64,000 nt of DNA from an uncultured Pseudomonadota bacterium (lineage in GTDB: Bacteria > Pseudomonadota > Gammaproteobacteria > Burkholderiales > SG8-39): NCBI GenBank assembly GCA_963817785.1, contig CAWFPL010000008.1, forward strand, positions 1,360,463 to 1,424,462, in the 5' to 3' direction. Under the pieces are notes generated by a model. That model saw only the letters and a list, made by a program, of their open reading frames with translations, had not been told where the DNA came from and made no database searches. A program made the position numbers and the translations under genes. Of the stretch, positions 29,441 to 39,539 are shown piece by piece. Within the stretch, counting starts at the first letter, position 1; every line of letters starts with the position of its first letter.

Positions 29441-30435
29441 AGCAGCTCGCGGTCCTGCTGGTGGCTTTGGTCCTGTGCGGCGCGGCCGACGCCCGGCCGC
29501 CGGCGCAGTCCCCGTACCTCGAGCGTCCGCAGGTGCGCGCCTTCATCCGGCAGATGATCGAGCGCCACGGCTTCGACGCCAAGGCGCTGCGCGATCTGTT
29601 CGCGCAGGCGCGCTTCCTGCCGGAGGTGCTCGCCGCAATGCGGCCGACGCCTGCGCAGCGTCCCTCCTGGGAGGACTACCGCGCGATGTTCGTCAACGCG
29701 CGCCGCATCGACCAGGGGCTGGGCTTCTGGGAAGTGAACCGCGCGGCGCTCGCGCGCGCGCACCGCCTCTACGGCGTGCCCGCGGAAGTGATCGTCGCCA
29801 TCATCGGCATCGAGACCTTCTACGGCCGGCAAACCGGGCGCTGGCGGGTGCTCGACGCGCTGAGCACGCTCGCCTTCGATGACCCGCGGCGCGGGCAGTT
29901 CTTCCGCGGCGAGCTGGAGAGTTACCTGCTGTTCGCGCACGAGGCCGGGCTCGACGTGCTCGCGCTGCGCGGCTCCCCGGCGGGAGCGATCGGTCTGCCG
30001 CAATTCATGCCGCGCACCTATCGCGAGTACGCGGTGGACTTCGACGGCGACGGCAAGGCGGACCTGCTCGACAGCGCCGCGGACGCGATCGGCAGCGTCG
30101 CCAACTTCTTGCAGGCGCACGGCTGGCGCCGCGGCGAGCCGGCGGACCTGGACGCAAGCGTGAGCGGCGAGGGATATTGGGCCTACGCCGACGGCGGCGT
30201 GCAACCGCGCTACACGCTTGCCGAGCTCGCGCGGGCTGGCGTCGCTTTCACCGCCCCGGGATTGCCGGTCGACGCGCGAGCCGCGCTGATCGAGCTCGAG
30301 ACCCCCGATCAACCGAGCGAGTACCGGATCGGGCTCAACAACTTCTACGTGCTCACCCGCTACAACCGCAGCTCGTTCTACGCCTGCGCAGTGGGCGATC
30401 TCGCCGCAGCGCTGCGCGCCGCCCGGCGCCCTTGA
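29437..30435 (+). CDS. mltB: lytic murein transglycosylase B
   Basis: ATG 29437 overlaps the tgpA-like stop (ATGA). Signal peptide, then …IIGIETFYGR…GAIGLPQFMP…DFDGDGK… matches MltB. Confidence 0.85.
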   Translation: MKQLAVLLVALVLCGAADARPPAQSPYLERPQVRAFIRQMIERHGFDAKALRDLFAQARFLPEVLAAMRPTPAQRPSWEDYRAMFVNARRIDQGLGFWEVNRAALARAHRLYGVPAEVIVAIIGIETFYGRQTGRWRVLDALSTLAFDDPRRGQFFRGELESYLLFAHEAGLDVLALRGSPAGAIGLPQFMPRTYREYAVDFDGDGKADLLDSAADAIGSVANFLQAHGWRRGEPADLDASVSGEGYWAYADGGVQPRYTLAELARAGVAFTAPGLPVDARAALIELETPDQPSEYRIGLNNFYVLTRYNRSSFYACAVGDLAAALRAARRP

Positions 30436-30468
30436 GCCGGCGCGCCCCGGCGCGACCGGCACTGCGCC

Positions 30469-31419
30469 TTACAGCAGCACGTCCTTCGACATGCCGCGGC
30501 AGCGCAGGATCGCGCGCAGCCGATCGAGCGCCTCGACCTGGATCTGGCGCACCCGCTCGCGCGTGAGACCCAGCTCGTCGGCCAGCGTCTCGAGCGTCGC
30601 GGCATCCCACCCGGCGAGCCCGTAGCGCCGCTCGAGCACGCGGCGCTGCTTGTCGGGCAGCTGCGCCAGCCAGTCCTGCACCAGGGCCTCGATCTCGTGG
30701 CCGGCGAGCGAGGCCTCGGGTGGCAGCGCGTCCTCCGCCGCGATCGATTCGCCCACCGAGAGCAGCGGATCGACATCGAGCGGCGCGTCGAGCGAGGCGG
30801 TGTGCTCGCCGAGCGTCAGGATGCGGCGCACCTCCTCGGGCGGCCTGCCGATCAGGTGCGCGATGTCCTCGTGCGTCACCGCGCGCTCGCCTCCGGCCTC
30901 GAGCAGGCGCCTGGCGCGCAGCACGCCGTTCAGCTCCTTCAGCACGTGCACCGGCAACCGGATGGTGCGCGACTGATTCATGATCGCGCGCTCGATGTTC
31001 TGGCGGATCCACCACGTCGCATAGGTCGAGAAGCGCAATCCGCGCTCGGGATCGAATTTGCCGATCGCGTGCATCAGACCGAGGTTGCCCTCCTCGATCA
31101 GGTCGCCGAGCGGCAAGCCGCGGTTGAGGTAATGCTTGGCGATGTTCACCACCAGCCGCAGGTTGTGCTCGATCATCCTCTGCCGGGCGCCGAAGTCGCC
31201 GCGCTGCGCAGCACGCGCGGTCGCCCGCTCCTCGTCCGGGGAGAGCAGCCGCTTGGCGCTGACCTCGCGCAGGTACAGCTGGGTCAGGTCCGAGAGCAGG
31301 GCCGCTTCCGCAGCGGCGCGCGTTTCGGCGTCCGCGCCGCCCGCCTCGTCGGGCGCGGCCGGCGGCACTGCGCCTTCGTCCGCGCCGGGCGACCGTTCCT
31401 CGCGCTCGTGGTTCATCAA
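30469..31419 (-). CDS. rpoS: RNA polymerase sigma factor RpoS
   Basis: 316 aa. Sigma-70 regions 2-4 are present (…[35 protein letters not shown]…). It sits directly downstream of nlpD. Confidence 0.9.
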   Translation of the reverse strand: MMNHEREERSPGADEGAVPPAAPDEAGGADAETRAAAEAALLSDLTQLYLREVSAKRLLSPDEERATARAAQRGDFGARQRMIEHNLRLVVNIAKHYLNRGLPLGDLIEEGNLGLMHAIGKFDPERGLRFSTYATWWIRQNIERAIMNQSRTIRLPVHVLKELNGVLRARRLLEAGGERAVTHEDIAHLIGRPPEEVRRILTLGEHTASLDAPLDVDPLLSVGESIAAEDALPPEASLAGHEIEALVQDWLAQLPDKQRRVLERRYGLAGWDAATLETLADELGLTRERVRQIQVEALDRLRAILRCRGMSKDVLL

Positions 31420-32429
31420 CGCCGGATGGCGGGCAGATACTTGAGGGGATCGACGGGCTTGCCGGACTTGCGGATCTCGAAATGCAGCATCGGGGTGTCG
31501 GCCTCGGTGTCGCCGATCTCCCCGATCTTCTGACCGCGCGTCACGACCTGCCCCTCTTTCACCAGGATGGTCTTGTTGTGCGCGTAGACGCTGTTGAAGC
31601 CGTCGGCGTGCTTGATGACGATCAGCCTGCCGTACCCGCGGATGCCGCTGCCGGTATACATGACGCGGCCGGGTGCGGCGGCGAGCACGGGGTCGCCGAG
31701 CTTGCCGCCGATGTCGATGCCCTTATTGTTCGGCTCGGAAAATCCGGCGAGCAGCTTGCCCTTCGCCGGCCAGATGAAATCGATCGGGCCGGCCGCGCCC
31801 GGCGCCGGCTGCGGTTCGGTCTTGGCGAGCTGTTGCGGGGCCGGCGTCGCGGCGGGCTGGGCGGCGGCCGGCTGGGTGGTAGCAGGCTGGGCGGCGGCGG
31901 GCTGGGTGGCAGCGGGCTGGCCGGGTGCGCTCTGACCTTCGCCCTGCGACAGCAATGCCACGTTCTGCGCAGAATATGGCAGGCGCAGCGCCTTCGGCGA
32001 GGTCACCGTGGCGCCGGGGGCGACCGGCTGCGGCGCCACCGGCCCGACCCCGGGTGTGGCGCCGCCGAGCGGGCGTGCTTCCACGGGCCCCGCGCCGCGC
32101 GCCGCTCCCACCTGGACCGTCGGTTCCTGCGGCGGCGCCACGCGCAGGAGCTGGCCGACGCGGATCTTGGCGGGATCGTCGATCTTGTTCCACTGCGCCA
32201 GGTCGCGGTAGCCCACGCCGTGCTCCAGCGCGATGCTGTAGAGCGTGTCGCCGCGCTGCACCACGTAGTAGCCCTGCGGCACGGCCTGCGCTCCGGGCTG
32301 GCTCGTGCTCTCGGGCGGCGGCGTGAGGCTCACGACCGGCGCGGATACCGGGCGGCTCGCGCAGCCGGCGACGGCAAGCGCCGCCGCCACGATCAGCCAA
32401 GCGCCTCTGTGCTGTGCGGACATGGTCAT
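31416..32429 (-). CDS. nlpD: murein hydrolase activator lipoprotein NlpD (LysM + degenerate M23 domain)
   Basis: Lipobox LAVAGC. Lys[20 protein letters not shown]23 region …[24 protein letters not shown]…VYAHN…. Confidence 0.9.
   Translation of the reverse strand: MTMSAQHRGAWLIVAAALAVAGCASRPVSAPVVSLTPPPESTSQPGAQAVPQGYYVVQRGDTLYSIALEHGVGYRDLAQWNKIDDPAKIRVGQLLRVAPPQEPTVQVGAARGAGPVEARPLGGATPGVGPVAPQPVAPGATVTSPKALRLPYSAQNVALLSQGEGQSAPGQPAATQPAAAQPATTQPAAAQPAATPAPQQLAKTEPQPAPGAAGPIDFIWPAKGKLLAGFSEPNNKGIDIGGKLGDPVLAAAPGRVMYTGSGIRGYGRLIVIKHADGFNSVYAHNKTILVKEGQVVTRGQKIGEIGDTEADTPMLHFEIRKSGKPVDPLKYLPAIRR
31856..31930. repeat. five tandem 15-nt units inside nlpD encoding a QPAAx pentapeptide linker
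   Basis: Units of ggctgggNggNNgcN start at 31856, 31871, 31886, 31901 and 31916. The translation is …[25 protein letters not shown]…. Confidence 0.85.
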
Positions 32430-33109
32430 GCTTTCCCCGGCTCGAGCGGCACGAACCTCACCGGATCCAAGGCGGTTTCCGTAAACCCGCGCGCGCCGCG
32501 CTCGATCAGAACCAGGCGCTGCGCAGCGCGCGCCGTGCCCGGCGCTTTCAGCGGAAGGATCATTCTGCCGCCCGGCGCCAGCTGCCGTAACAGGGCCGGC
32601 GGTACCTGCGGCGCCGCTGCCGCGACGATGATCGAGTCGAAAGGCGCCGCCTTCTCCAGGCCGGCGTTGCCGTCGCCGTGCACCAGGCGCAGGTTGGCGA
32701 GCTTCAAGCCCAGCAGGTTGGCGCGCGCGCGCTCGAGCAGCGCGAGAATGCGCTCCACCGAATACACCTCGCGCGCCACGTGCGCCAGCACCGCGGCCTG
32801 GTAGCCGCAGCCGGTGCCCACCTCGAGCGCCTTGCCCGGATCGCGCGCGCGGCCGAGCTCCTCGAGCATGCGCGCCACCATGTACGGCTGCGAGATGGTC
32901 TGGCCGAATCCGATCGGCAGCGCGCTGTCCTCGTAGGCGCGGCTCGCCAGCGCCTCCTCGACGAACACGTGGCGCGGCACCACGGCCATCGCCGCCAGCA
33001 CGCGCTCGTCGCGGATGCCTTCCTCGCGCAGGCGCTCGACCATGCGCGCGCGAGTGCGCTGCGAGGTCATGCCGATGCCGGCGAAGTTCTTGCCCAGACG
33101 CGCGTTCAC
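32426..33109 (-). CDS. pcm: protein-L-isoaspartate O-methyltransferase
   Basis: Body [19 protein letters not shown]…[11 protein letters not shown]…[14 protein letters not shown]. The likely start is GTG 33109, overlapping the surE stop (GTGA). An alternative is ATG 33070. Its stop overlaps the nlpD ATG (ATGA). Confidence 0.9.
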   Translation of the reverse strand: MNARLGKNFAGIGMTSQRTRARMVERLREEGIRDERVLAAMAVVPRHVFVEEALASRAYEDSALPIGFGQTISQPYMVARMLEELGRARDPGKALEVGTGCGYQAAVLAHVAREVYSVERILALLERARANLLGLKLANLRLVHGDGNAGLEKAAPFDSIIVAAAAPQVPPALLRQLAPGGRMILPLKAPGTARAAQRLVLIERGARGFTETALDPVRFVPLEPGKA

Positions 33110-33849
33110 TGCCCGAGCCACTCCTTCACCAGTGCAAGCTGCCCGTGATGCGTGAGGTCGACCCGCAGCGGAGTCACCGAGACCCGGTTGCCGGCGACGG
33201 CGCAAAAATCGGTGCCCGGTCCGGCATCCTGCGCGTCGCCGGCGGCCCCGATCCAGTACGCGTCCTCGCCGCGCGGCGTCTGGATGCGCACCACCGGCTC
33301 GGCCTTGTGCCGCTTGCCGAGGCGCGTCACTTCGACGCCAGCGAGCTCCGCCGTTGCCACGTCCGGCACGTTGATGTTGAGCAGCACCGGCTCGCGCACC
33401 GGCGCGCGGGCGATACGTTCGACCATCTCCGCCGCGATCGCGGCCGCGGTTTCGTAATGGCGCCCTAACTTGCTGGTGAGCGACACCGCGAGCGAGGGGA
33501 TGCCGAGCAGGTAACCCTCCGTGGCCGCCGCGACGGTGCCGGAATAAATGGTGTCGTCGCCCATGTTGGCGCCGAGGTTGATGCCCGACACGACGATATC
33601 GGGCAGGAAATCGAGCAGCCCGGTCACCGCCAGATGCACGCAATCGGTCGGCGTGCCGTTGACGAAGAAAAAGCCGTTGGCCGCGCGCCGCGCGCTCAGC
33701 GGCCGGTCCAGTGTCAGCGAGTTCGAGGCCCCGGAGCGGTCGCGCTCCGGGGCGACCACAGTCACCTCGCCGAGCGCCGCCAAGCGCTCGGCCAGCAGCG
33801 TGATGCCGGGAGAGAAATAACCGTCGTCGTTGGAGATCAGGAGGCGCAT
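33106..33849 (-). CDS. surE: 5'/3'-nucleotidase SurE
   Basis: Starts [16 protein letters not shown] inside ORF 33106..34248. 247 aa. Confidence 0.95.
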   Translation of the reverse strand: MRLLISNDDGYFSPGITLLAERLAALGEVTVVAPERDRSGASNSLTLDRPLSARRAANGFFFVNGTPTDCVHLAVTGLLDFLPDIVVSGINLGANMGDDTIYSGTVAAATEGYLLGIPSLAVSLTSKLGRHYETAAAIAAEMVERIARAPVREPVLLNINVPDVATAELAGVEVTRLGKRHKAEPVVRIQTPRGEDAYWIGAAGDAQDAGPGTDFCAVAGNRVSVTPLRVDLTHHGQLALVKEWLGQ

Positions 33850-33902
33850 CGCGGGACGCTGAATTCTATCCGACCCGCGCTCTGGCGGGCGAGTTGCGCG
33901 CC

Positions 33903-34226
33903 TCAGCGCGCCTGCTCCCAGATCACGTCGGCCTGCTCCTTCGCCGCTGCCTGCAGGAGCTTGACCAGCGGGAACGCGCGCGTGGCGAGGTCGATGCGCG
34001 CGGCTGCGTCCGCAGCGCCGCCGGCGGGCGCGCTGGCGAGCTCGCGGCCGTGAATCGCCAGCTCGGCCTGCAGCTGCGCGAGCGCCGCGGCGACGTCCTT
34101 GCCCAGGATCGCGGCGGGAACCACCCCGCTCATGCCCATCAGCTTGAGCAGCCTGGCGGCGACGTCGCCGAACATCAGCACGCTGGCGCCCGCGTCGGAG
34201 CGGAACTTGATGAGCACTCGTGACAT
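33903..34226 (-). CDS. DUF1840 domain protein
   Basis: 107 aa. [27 protein letters not shown]…[12 protein letters not shown]… fits my recollection of DUF1840. Confidence 0.6.
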   Translation of the reverse strand: MSRVLIKFRSDAGASVLMFGDVAARLLKLMGMSGVVPAAILGKDVAAALAQLQAELAIHGRELASAPAGGAADAAARIDLATRAFPLVKLLQAAAKEQADVIWEQAR

Positions 34227-34539
34227 CCGGTCGTGGCGCGGCCCGCATGCCGCTCAGGCAACGAAGATACCCAAGTAAGCGCGCCCCGGGAAGCCCGGTC
34301 GGTGGCCGCGGGCGCGGATCGACCGGGCGCGTCCAATCGCCCTGAATGCTTGGTTTCAGGATGGCGCCTGCGCCCGCGGCGGGGGCGCGGCGAGGCTTTA
34401 CCGCAGCGATCTTTTATGGAACTATCGCCGCTCACAAGCGCGCCCCGACCGTGGGGCGTCGATAAGTCCCGGGGGCGACCGGGCGACGTGCGATCTCGGC
34501 AGGCGAGCGCGGATCGTCAATCGACGAGGAGGAGCAGGA

Positions 34540-35319
34540 GTGCAGATCCCGGCCGGCACGCTGTTGCGCGTCAAGGACGTGCGTGTGCGCTTTGGCGGGA
34601 TCGTCGCGCTCGACGGCGTGTCCTTCGACATCGACGCCGGCCAAATCGCGGGGCTCATCGGGCCCAACGGGGCGGGCAAGACCACGCTGTTCAACTGCCT
34701 GAGCCGGCTGTACGACGTAAGCCAGGGCACGATCGAGTTCGACGGCCGGCCGCTGCTCGGCGTGCCCAGGCACCGCATCGCGGCGCTCGGCATCGGCCGC
34801 ACGTTCCAGAACCTCGCCCTGTTCCGCAGCATGACGGTGTTCGACAACATCCTGGTCGGCCTGCATTGCCGCACGCGCACCGGCTTCGTGTCCAACTTCC
34901 TGCGCTTGCCGCGGGTGGCGCGGGAACGAAGGGATGCCGAGGCGCGCACGCGCGAGCTGGTGAAGTTCCTGCAGCTCGAGAGCGTCGCCGAGACGCCGGT
35001 GTCGACGCTGTCCTTCGGCACCCAGAAGCGCGTCGAGCTCGGCCGCGCGCTCGCGAGCGAGCCGAAGCTGTTGCTGCTCGACGAGCCCGCCTGCGGGCTC
35101 AACCACGAAGAGGTCGATGCGCTCGGCGCCATGATCCGCGACATCCGCGATCGGCTGCGGATCACCGTGCTGCTCGTCGAGCACCACATGAACCTGGTGA
35201 TGAGCGTCTCCGACAAGGTCGTGGCGCTCGACTTCGGGCGCAAGATCGCCGACGGCACGCCCGCCGAGGTGCGCCAGCAGCCGGAGGTGATCCGCGCCTA
35301 CCTCGGGACGGCGCACTGA
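34540..35319 (+). CDS. livG: branched-chain amino acid ABC transporter ATP-binding protein (LivG-like)
   Basis: GTG start after the RBS gaggaggagcaggag. Walker A GPNGAGKTT and signature FGTQKRVEL. Confidence 0.85.
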   Translation: MQIPAGTLLRVKDVRVRFGGIVALDGVSFDIDAGQIAGLIGPNGAGKTTLFNCLSRLYDVSQGTIEFDGRPLLGVPRHRIAALGIGRTFQNLALFRSMTVFDNILVGLHCRTRTGFVSNFLRLPRVARERRDAEARTRELVKFLQLESVAETPVSTLSFGTQKRVELGRALASEPKLLLLDEPACGLNHEEVDALGAMIRDIRDRLRITVLLVEHHMNLVMSVSDKVVALDFGRKIADGTPAEVRQQPEVIRAYLGTAH

Positions 35320-36032
35320 TGGCCGCCCTGCTCGCCGCCGCCAAGCTCGAGGCCTTCTACGGGCCAACGCAGGTGCTGCACGGGCTGACCTTCGACATTC
35401 AGGAGGGCTCGATCACCACGCTGCTCGGCGCCAACGGCGCCGGCAAGACTACGACGCTGCGCGCGGTGTGCGCCATGATCCGGACCCAGGGCGAGGTCAG
35501 CTTCGACGGCCAGCGCATCGACGCCCGCGGCACCGAGGACATTGTGCGCCTCGGCATCGCCCACGTTCCCGACGGGCGCGGCACCTTCGTCCACCTGAGC
35601 ACCGAGGAGAACCTGCGCCTCGGGGGCTATACGCGCCGCGACCGGCACGCGGTCGCCGCGGACATCGAGCGCATGTACGAGTACTTCCCGCGCCTGCGCG
35701 AGCGCCGCAGGCAGCAGGCCGGCACGCTGTCCGGCGGCGAGCAGCAGATGCTGGCGATCGCACGCGCGCTGATGCTCAAGCCGCGGCTGCTGCTGCTCGA
35801 CGAGCCTTCGTTCGGGCTCGCGCCGCTGCTCGTGGGGCAGATCTTCGACATCATGCGCACCATCAACCAGAAGGAGAAGGTCGCCATCCTGCTGGTCGAG
35901 CAGAACGCGGCCATGGCGCTCGAGCTCGCCGACCACGCCTATCTGCTCGAGACCGGGCGCATCGTGATGTCGGGCAGCGCCGCCGCCATCCGCAGCGACG
36001 ATTCGGTGCGCCGTTCCTACCTTGGATACTGA
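35319..36032 (+). CDS. livF: branched-chain amino acid ABC transporter ATP-binding protein (LivF-like)
   Basis: ATG 35319 overlaps the livG stop (TGATG). Walker A GANGAGKTT and signature LSGGEQQML. Confidence 0.85.
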   Translation: MAALLAAAKLEAFYGPTQVLHGLTFDIQEGSITTLLGANGAGKTTTLRAVCAMIRTQGEVSFDGQRIDARGTEDIVRLGIAHVPDGRGTFVHLSTEENLRLGGYTRRDRHAVAADIERMYEYFPRLRERRRQQAGTLSGGEQQMLAIARALMLKPRLLLLDEPSFGLAPLLVGQIFDIMRTINQKEKVAILLVEQNAAMALELADHAYLLETGRIVMSGSAAAIRSDDSVRRSYLGY

Positions 36033-36059
36033 AGCCGGCTCGCCCCGGGGGCAAAGACG

Positions 36060-36932
36060 ATGAACGTTTTCTGGGAGCAGGTGTTTGCCGGCCTCGTCAC
36101 GGGCGGCATCTACGCCAGCGTCGCCCTGGCGCTGGTCATGATCTACCAGGCCACGCATCAGGTGAACTTCGCGCAGGGCCAGATGGCGATGTTCTCCACC
36201 TATCTCGCCTGGTCGATGATCAACGCGGGCATGTCCTATTGGCTGGCCTTCGTGTTGACCGTGCTGATCTCGTTCGTCGGCGGCGTGGTCATCGAGCGGG
36301 TGATCATCCGGCCGGTGGAGAACGCCCCGGTGCTCTCGGTGGTGGTGGTGTTCATCGGCCTGCTGGTGATCTTCAACAGCCTGGCCGGCTGGATCTACAC
36401 CTATACGCTCAAGTCGTTCCCGAGCCCGTTTCCGTCGCGGCCGCTGTTCGGCATCCAATCCGTCTCGCCTCACGGCGTCGGGGCGATCGGCGTGACGCTC
36501 GTCGTGCTAGTCTTGCTGTACGCGTTCTTCCGCTTCACGCCCCTCGGGCTGGCGATGCGTGCGGCGGCGCAAAATCCTGCCTCGGCGCGGCTGGTTGGGA
36601 TCCGGGTCGGTTGGATGCTGGCGCTAGGCTGGGGGCTCGCCGCTGCGGTGGGTGCAGTCGCGGGCATGATGGTGGCACCGATCGTGTACCTGGATCCGAA
36701 CATGATGTCCGGCGTGCTGTTGTACGCCTTCGCCGCCGCGCTGCTCGGCGGAATCGACAGCCCCGGCGGCGCGGTGCTGGGCGGGTTCATCGTCGGCGTG
36801 CTGGAGAACCTGGTGGGGGCGTACGTGATCGGTAACGACCTCAAGCTGAGCCTCGCCCTGGTGCTGATCGTCGGGGTGCTCGTCGTCAGGCCGGCCGGGC
36901 TGTTCGGCAAGGCGCTCGTCAGCCGGGTATAG
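36060..36932 (+). CDS. livH: branched-chain amino acid ABC transporter permease (LivH-like)
   Basis: 290 aa, polytopic. MNVFWEQVFAGLVTGGIYASVALALVMIY is the typical N-terminus. Confidence 0.85.
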   Translation: MNVFWEQVFAGLVTGGIYASVALALVMIYQATHQVNFAQGQMAMFSTYLAWSMINAGMSYWLAFVLTVLISFVGGVVIERVIIRPVENAPVLSVVVVFIGLLVIFNSLAGWIYTYTLKSFPSPFPSRPLFGIQSVSPHGVGAIGVTLVVLVLLYAFFRFTPLGLAMRAAAQNPASARLVGIRVGWMLALGWGLAAAVGAVAGMMVAPIVYLDPNMMSGVLLYAFAAALLGGIDSPGGAVLGGFIVGVLENLVGAYVIGNDLKLSLALVLIVGVLVVRPAGLFGKALVSRV

Positions 36933-36936
36933 CCCT

Positions 36937-37938
36937 ATGAACGCCCAGACCACGGACACTGCTTCTCCGGCGAAGATCCCGGGCTCGCGTCTCGGCGGCC
37001 TGGCCGCCCTGCTGGCGCTCGCCTGCGCGCTGCCGTTCATGATGAGCGGCTACCACACCTTTCAGCTGACGCTGGTGCTGGTGTATTCGATCGCGCTGCT
37101 CGGGCTCAACATGCTGACCGGCTACAACGGCCAGATCTCGCTGGGGCACGGCGCGTTCTACGCGCTCGGCGCCTACACCGCGGCGATCCTCATGAACAGC
37201 CTCGACGTGCCCTACTGGGCAACGCTGCCGGCCTCGGCAGTCGTATGCCTGGTGGCGGGCTTCCTGTTCGGGCTCCCCGCGCTGCGCCTCGAGGGCCTGT
37301 ACCTCGCGCTCGCCACCTTCGCCCTCGGCGTCACCATGCCGCCGCTGCTCAAGTACAAGCACTTCGACGCCATCACCGGGGGCTCGCAGGGAATCGTCAT
37401 CATCAAGCCCGACGCGCCGTTCGGCTTGCCGCTGAGCGGCGACCAGTGGCTGTACTTCTTCACCCTGGTGGTCGCCATCGTGCTGTTCGCGCTCGCGCGC
37501 AATCTGCTGCATGGGCGTGTCGGCCGCGCCATGGTCGCGATCCGCGACCACCCCATGGCCGCGGAGGCGATGGGCGTCAACTCCGCTCTCTACAAGTCGC
37601 TCACCTTCGGCGTGAGCGCGATGTACACCGGCATCGCCGGCGCGCTGGGCGCGATCGCCGTGCAGTTCGTGGCGCCTGACAGTTTCGACATTTTCCTGTC
37701 GATCTCTTTCCTGGTCGGCAGCGTGATCGGCGGGATTTCCTCGATCGCCGGTGCAGTCTTCGGCGGCGCCTTCATCGTGTTCGTGCCGAACATCGCCAGC
37801 CAGATCTCGAAGGCGGCGCCCTGGGCGATCTACGGCGTGTTTCTGATCGGCTTCATGTACCTGATGCCTGGGGGCGTGGTAGCCTTTCTCCGCATTGCCA
37901 CGGCTTGGGCAAGGCGGCGTTTCCGCAAAGCCGGTTAG
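36937..37938 (+). CDS. livM: branched-chain amino acid ABC transporter permease (LivM-like)
   Basis: 333 aa, polytopic. …LNMLTGYNGQISLGHGAFYALGAY…. Confidence 0.85.
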   Translation: MNAQTTDTASPAKIPGSRLGGLAALLALACALPFMMSGYHTFQLTLVLVYSIALLGLNMLTGYNGQISLGHGAFYALGAYTAAILMNSLDVPYWATLPASAVVCLVAGFLFGLPALRLEGLYLALATFALGVTMPPLLKYKHFDAITGGSQGIVIIKPDAPFGLPLSGDQWLYFFTLVVAIVLFALARNLLHGRVGRAMVAIRDHPMAAEAMGVNSALYKSLTFGVSAMYTGIAGALGAIAVQFVAPDSFDIFLSISFLVGSVIGGISSIAGAVFGGAFIVFVPNIASQISKAAPWAIYGVFLIGFMYLMPGGVVAFLRIATAWARRRFRKAG

Positions 37939-37979
37939 CCCGAGACGGGCAAAGCCATTCACCATCCAAGGAGGAGACC

Positions 37980-39191
37980 ATGTCATTCAAGAAGCTATTG
38001 ACGCCGGCCACGGTTGCGATCGGGCTGGCGCTGTCGGCGACGCCCGCGCTGGCGGCGAAGCATTACGGCCCGGGCGTGACCGACACCGAGATCAAGATCG
38101 GCCAGACCATGCCCTACAGCGGGCCGGCGTCGGCCTATGGCCAGATCGGCAAGGCGGAGGCGGCCTATTTCAACATGATCAACGAGGAGGGGGGGATCAA
38201 CGGCCGCAAGATCAAGTTCATGAGCCTGGACGACGGCTACAGCCCGCCCAAGACCGTCGAGCAGACGCGCAAGCTGGTCGAGGAAGACCACGTTCTGCTG
38301 ATGTACAGCTCGCTCGGCACGCCGACCAACTCCGCGGTGCACAAATACCTGAACGCGAAGAAGGTGCCGCAGCTGTTCGTCGCCACCGGGGCCACCAAAT
38401 GGGGTGATCCCAAGCACTACCACTGGACCATGGGCTGGCAGCCGAGCTACCAGCAGGAAGCCCGCATCTACGCCGCCGCCATCCTCAAGGACCATCCCAA
38501 CGCCAAGATTGGCGTGCTCTACCAGAACGACGACTACGGCAAGGACTACCTGAAGGGTCTGGTCGACGGTCTGGGCGCCAAGGCAAAGACGATGATCGTC
38601 AAGGAAGCCTCTTACGAAACCAGCGAGCCGACGATCAACTCGCAGATCGTCACCCTGAAGGGATCCGGCGCGGACGTGTTCGTCAACATCACGATCCCGA
38701 AGTTCGCCGCGCAGGCGATCAGCCAGGCGTACGACATCGGCTGGAAGCCGGTGTCCTACCTGAACAACGTGTCCAACTCGACGGGCGCGGTGCTGAAGCC
38801 GGCAGGCTTCCAGAAGGCAGAGGGCCAGATCTCCACGGCCTACCTGAAGGACCCCACCGACAAGCAGTGGGACAACGACCCGGCGATGATCAAGTTCAAG
38901 GAGTGGATGAGCAAGAACATGCCGGGCGCCGACATCTCGGACGGCAACAACGTGTTCGGCTACACGAACGCGCAGACGCTGGTCCAGGTGCTCAAGCAGT
39001 GCGGCAACGACCTGACGCGCGCGAACGTCATGAAGCAGGCGGCGAACCTCCACAACCTCGAGCTGCCGATGCTCCTGCCGGGCATCAAGGTCAACACCGG
39101 CCCGACGGATTACTTCCCCCTCAGCCAGCTGCAGTTGGAGCGCTTCAACGGGCACAACTGGGAGCTGCTCGGCGAGGTCATGGGCAAGTAA
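37980..39191 (+). CDS. ABC transporter periplasmic substrate-binding protein (Leu/Ile/Val-binding family)
   Basis: ATG 37980 after the RBS aaggaggag. Signal peptide MSFKKLLTPATVAIGLALSATPALA. …IKIGQTMPYSGPASAYG…. Confidence 0.85.
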   Translation: MSFKKLLTPATVAIGLALSATPALAAKHYGPGVTDTEIKIGQTMPYSGPASAYGQIGKAEAAYFNMINEEGGINGRKIKFMSLDDGYSPPKTVEQTRKLVEEDHVLLMYSSLGTPTNSAVHKYLNAKKVPQLFVATGATKWGDPKHYHWTMGWQPSYQQEARIYAAAILKDHPNAKIGVLYQNDDYGKDYLKGLVDGLGAKAKTMIVKEASYETSEPTINSQIVTLKGSGADVFVNITIPKFAAQAISQAYDIGWKPVSYLNNVSNSTGAVLKPAGFQKAEGQISTAYLKDPTDKQWDNDPAMIKFKEWMSKNMPGADISDGNNVFGYTNAQTLVQVLKQCGNDLTRANVMKQAANLHNLELPMLLPGIKVNTGPTDYFPLSQLQLERFNGHNWELLGEVMGK

Positions 39192-39243
39192 GCCCTCGGC
39201 GGCGCCGCCTCGACGGCGGCCAAGAGTTTCCGCCTGTCGTTGC

Positions 39244-39276
39244 AACGGCCCGGTGCAAACCGGGCCGTTTTCTTTT
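39244..39276 (+). terminator. Rho-independent terminator of the liv-type operon
   Basis: aacggcccgg/ccgggccgtt 10-bp stem with a 6-nt loop, followed by ttttctttt. Confidence 0.75.
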
Positions 39277-39539
39277 CCGGCCCGCCACCGGAGTCCGCAG
39301 GCGCCGCCCTGCCGCTCGACCGGGCCGCCTTATTGCAGTGCAAAACATGGCTCGCGCGTGGGAACGCGGCTGCGAGGACGCGGGAGAAAGCCTGACGTAA
39401 GATAACCACGCTGGACGCCATAGCCCGGCAACTGCCCATGCCCGGCGCCGTCGATTGGCGCAGCAGGGCGCTGCGGCGGCGGCCACAACAATGAGATCGA
39501 GGACGCAAACGCTAGGACGACGAGAGGAGGGCTCAAGTC

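Noticed and set aside
30436-30468. Hairpin between convergent mltB and rpoS (gccggcgcg…cgcgaccggc) as a terminator.
   Set aside because: The stem is imperfect with a bulge, there is no U-tract on either strand, and the composition is common GC-rich. Too weak to call.
31856-31930. Possible CRISPR/VNTR array.
   Set aside because: The units are contiguous 15-mers with no spacers, in frame inside nlpD, and encode a QPAAx linker. No CRISPR-like repeat-spacer structure was seen anywhere in the window.
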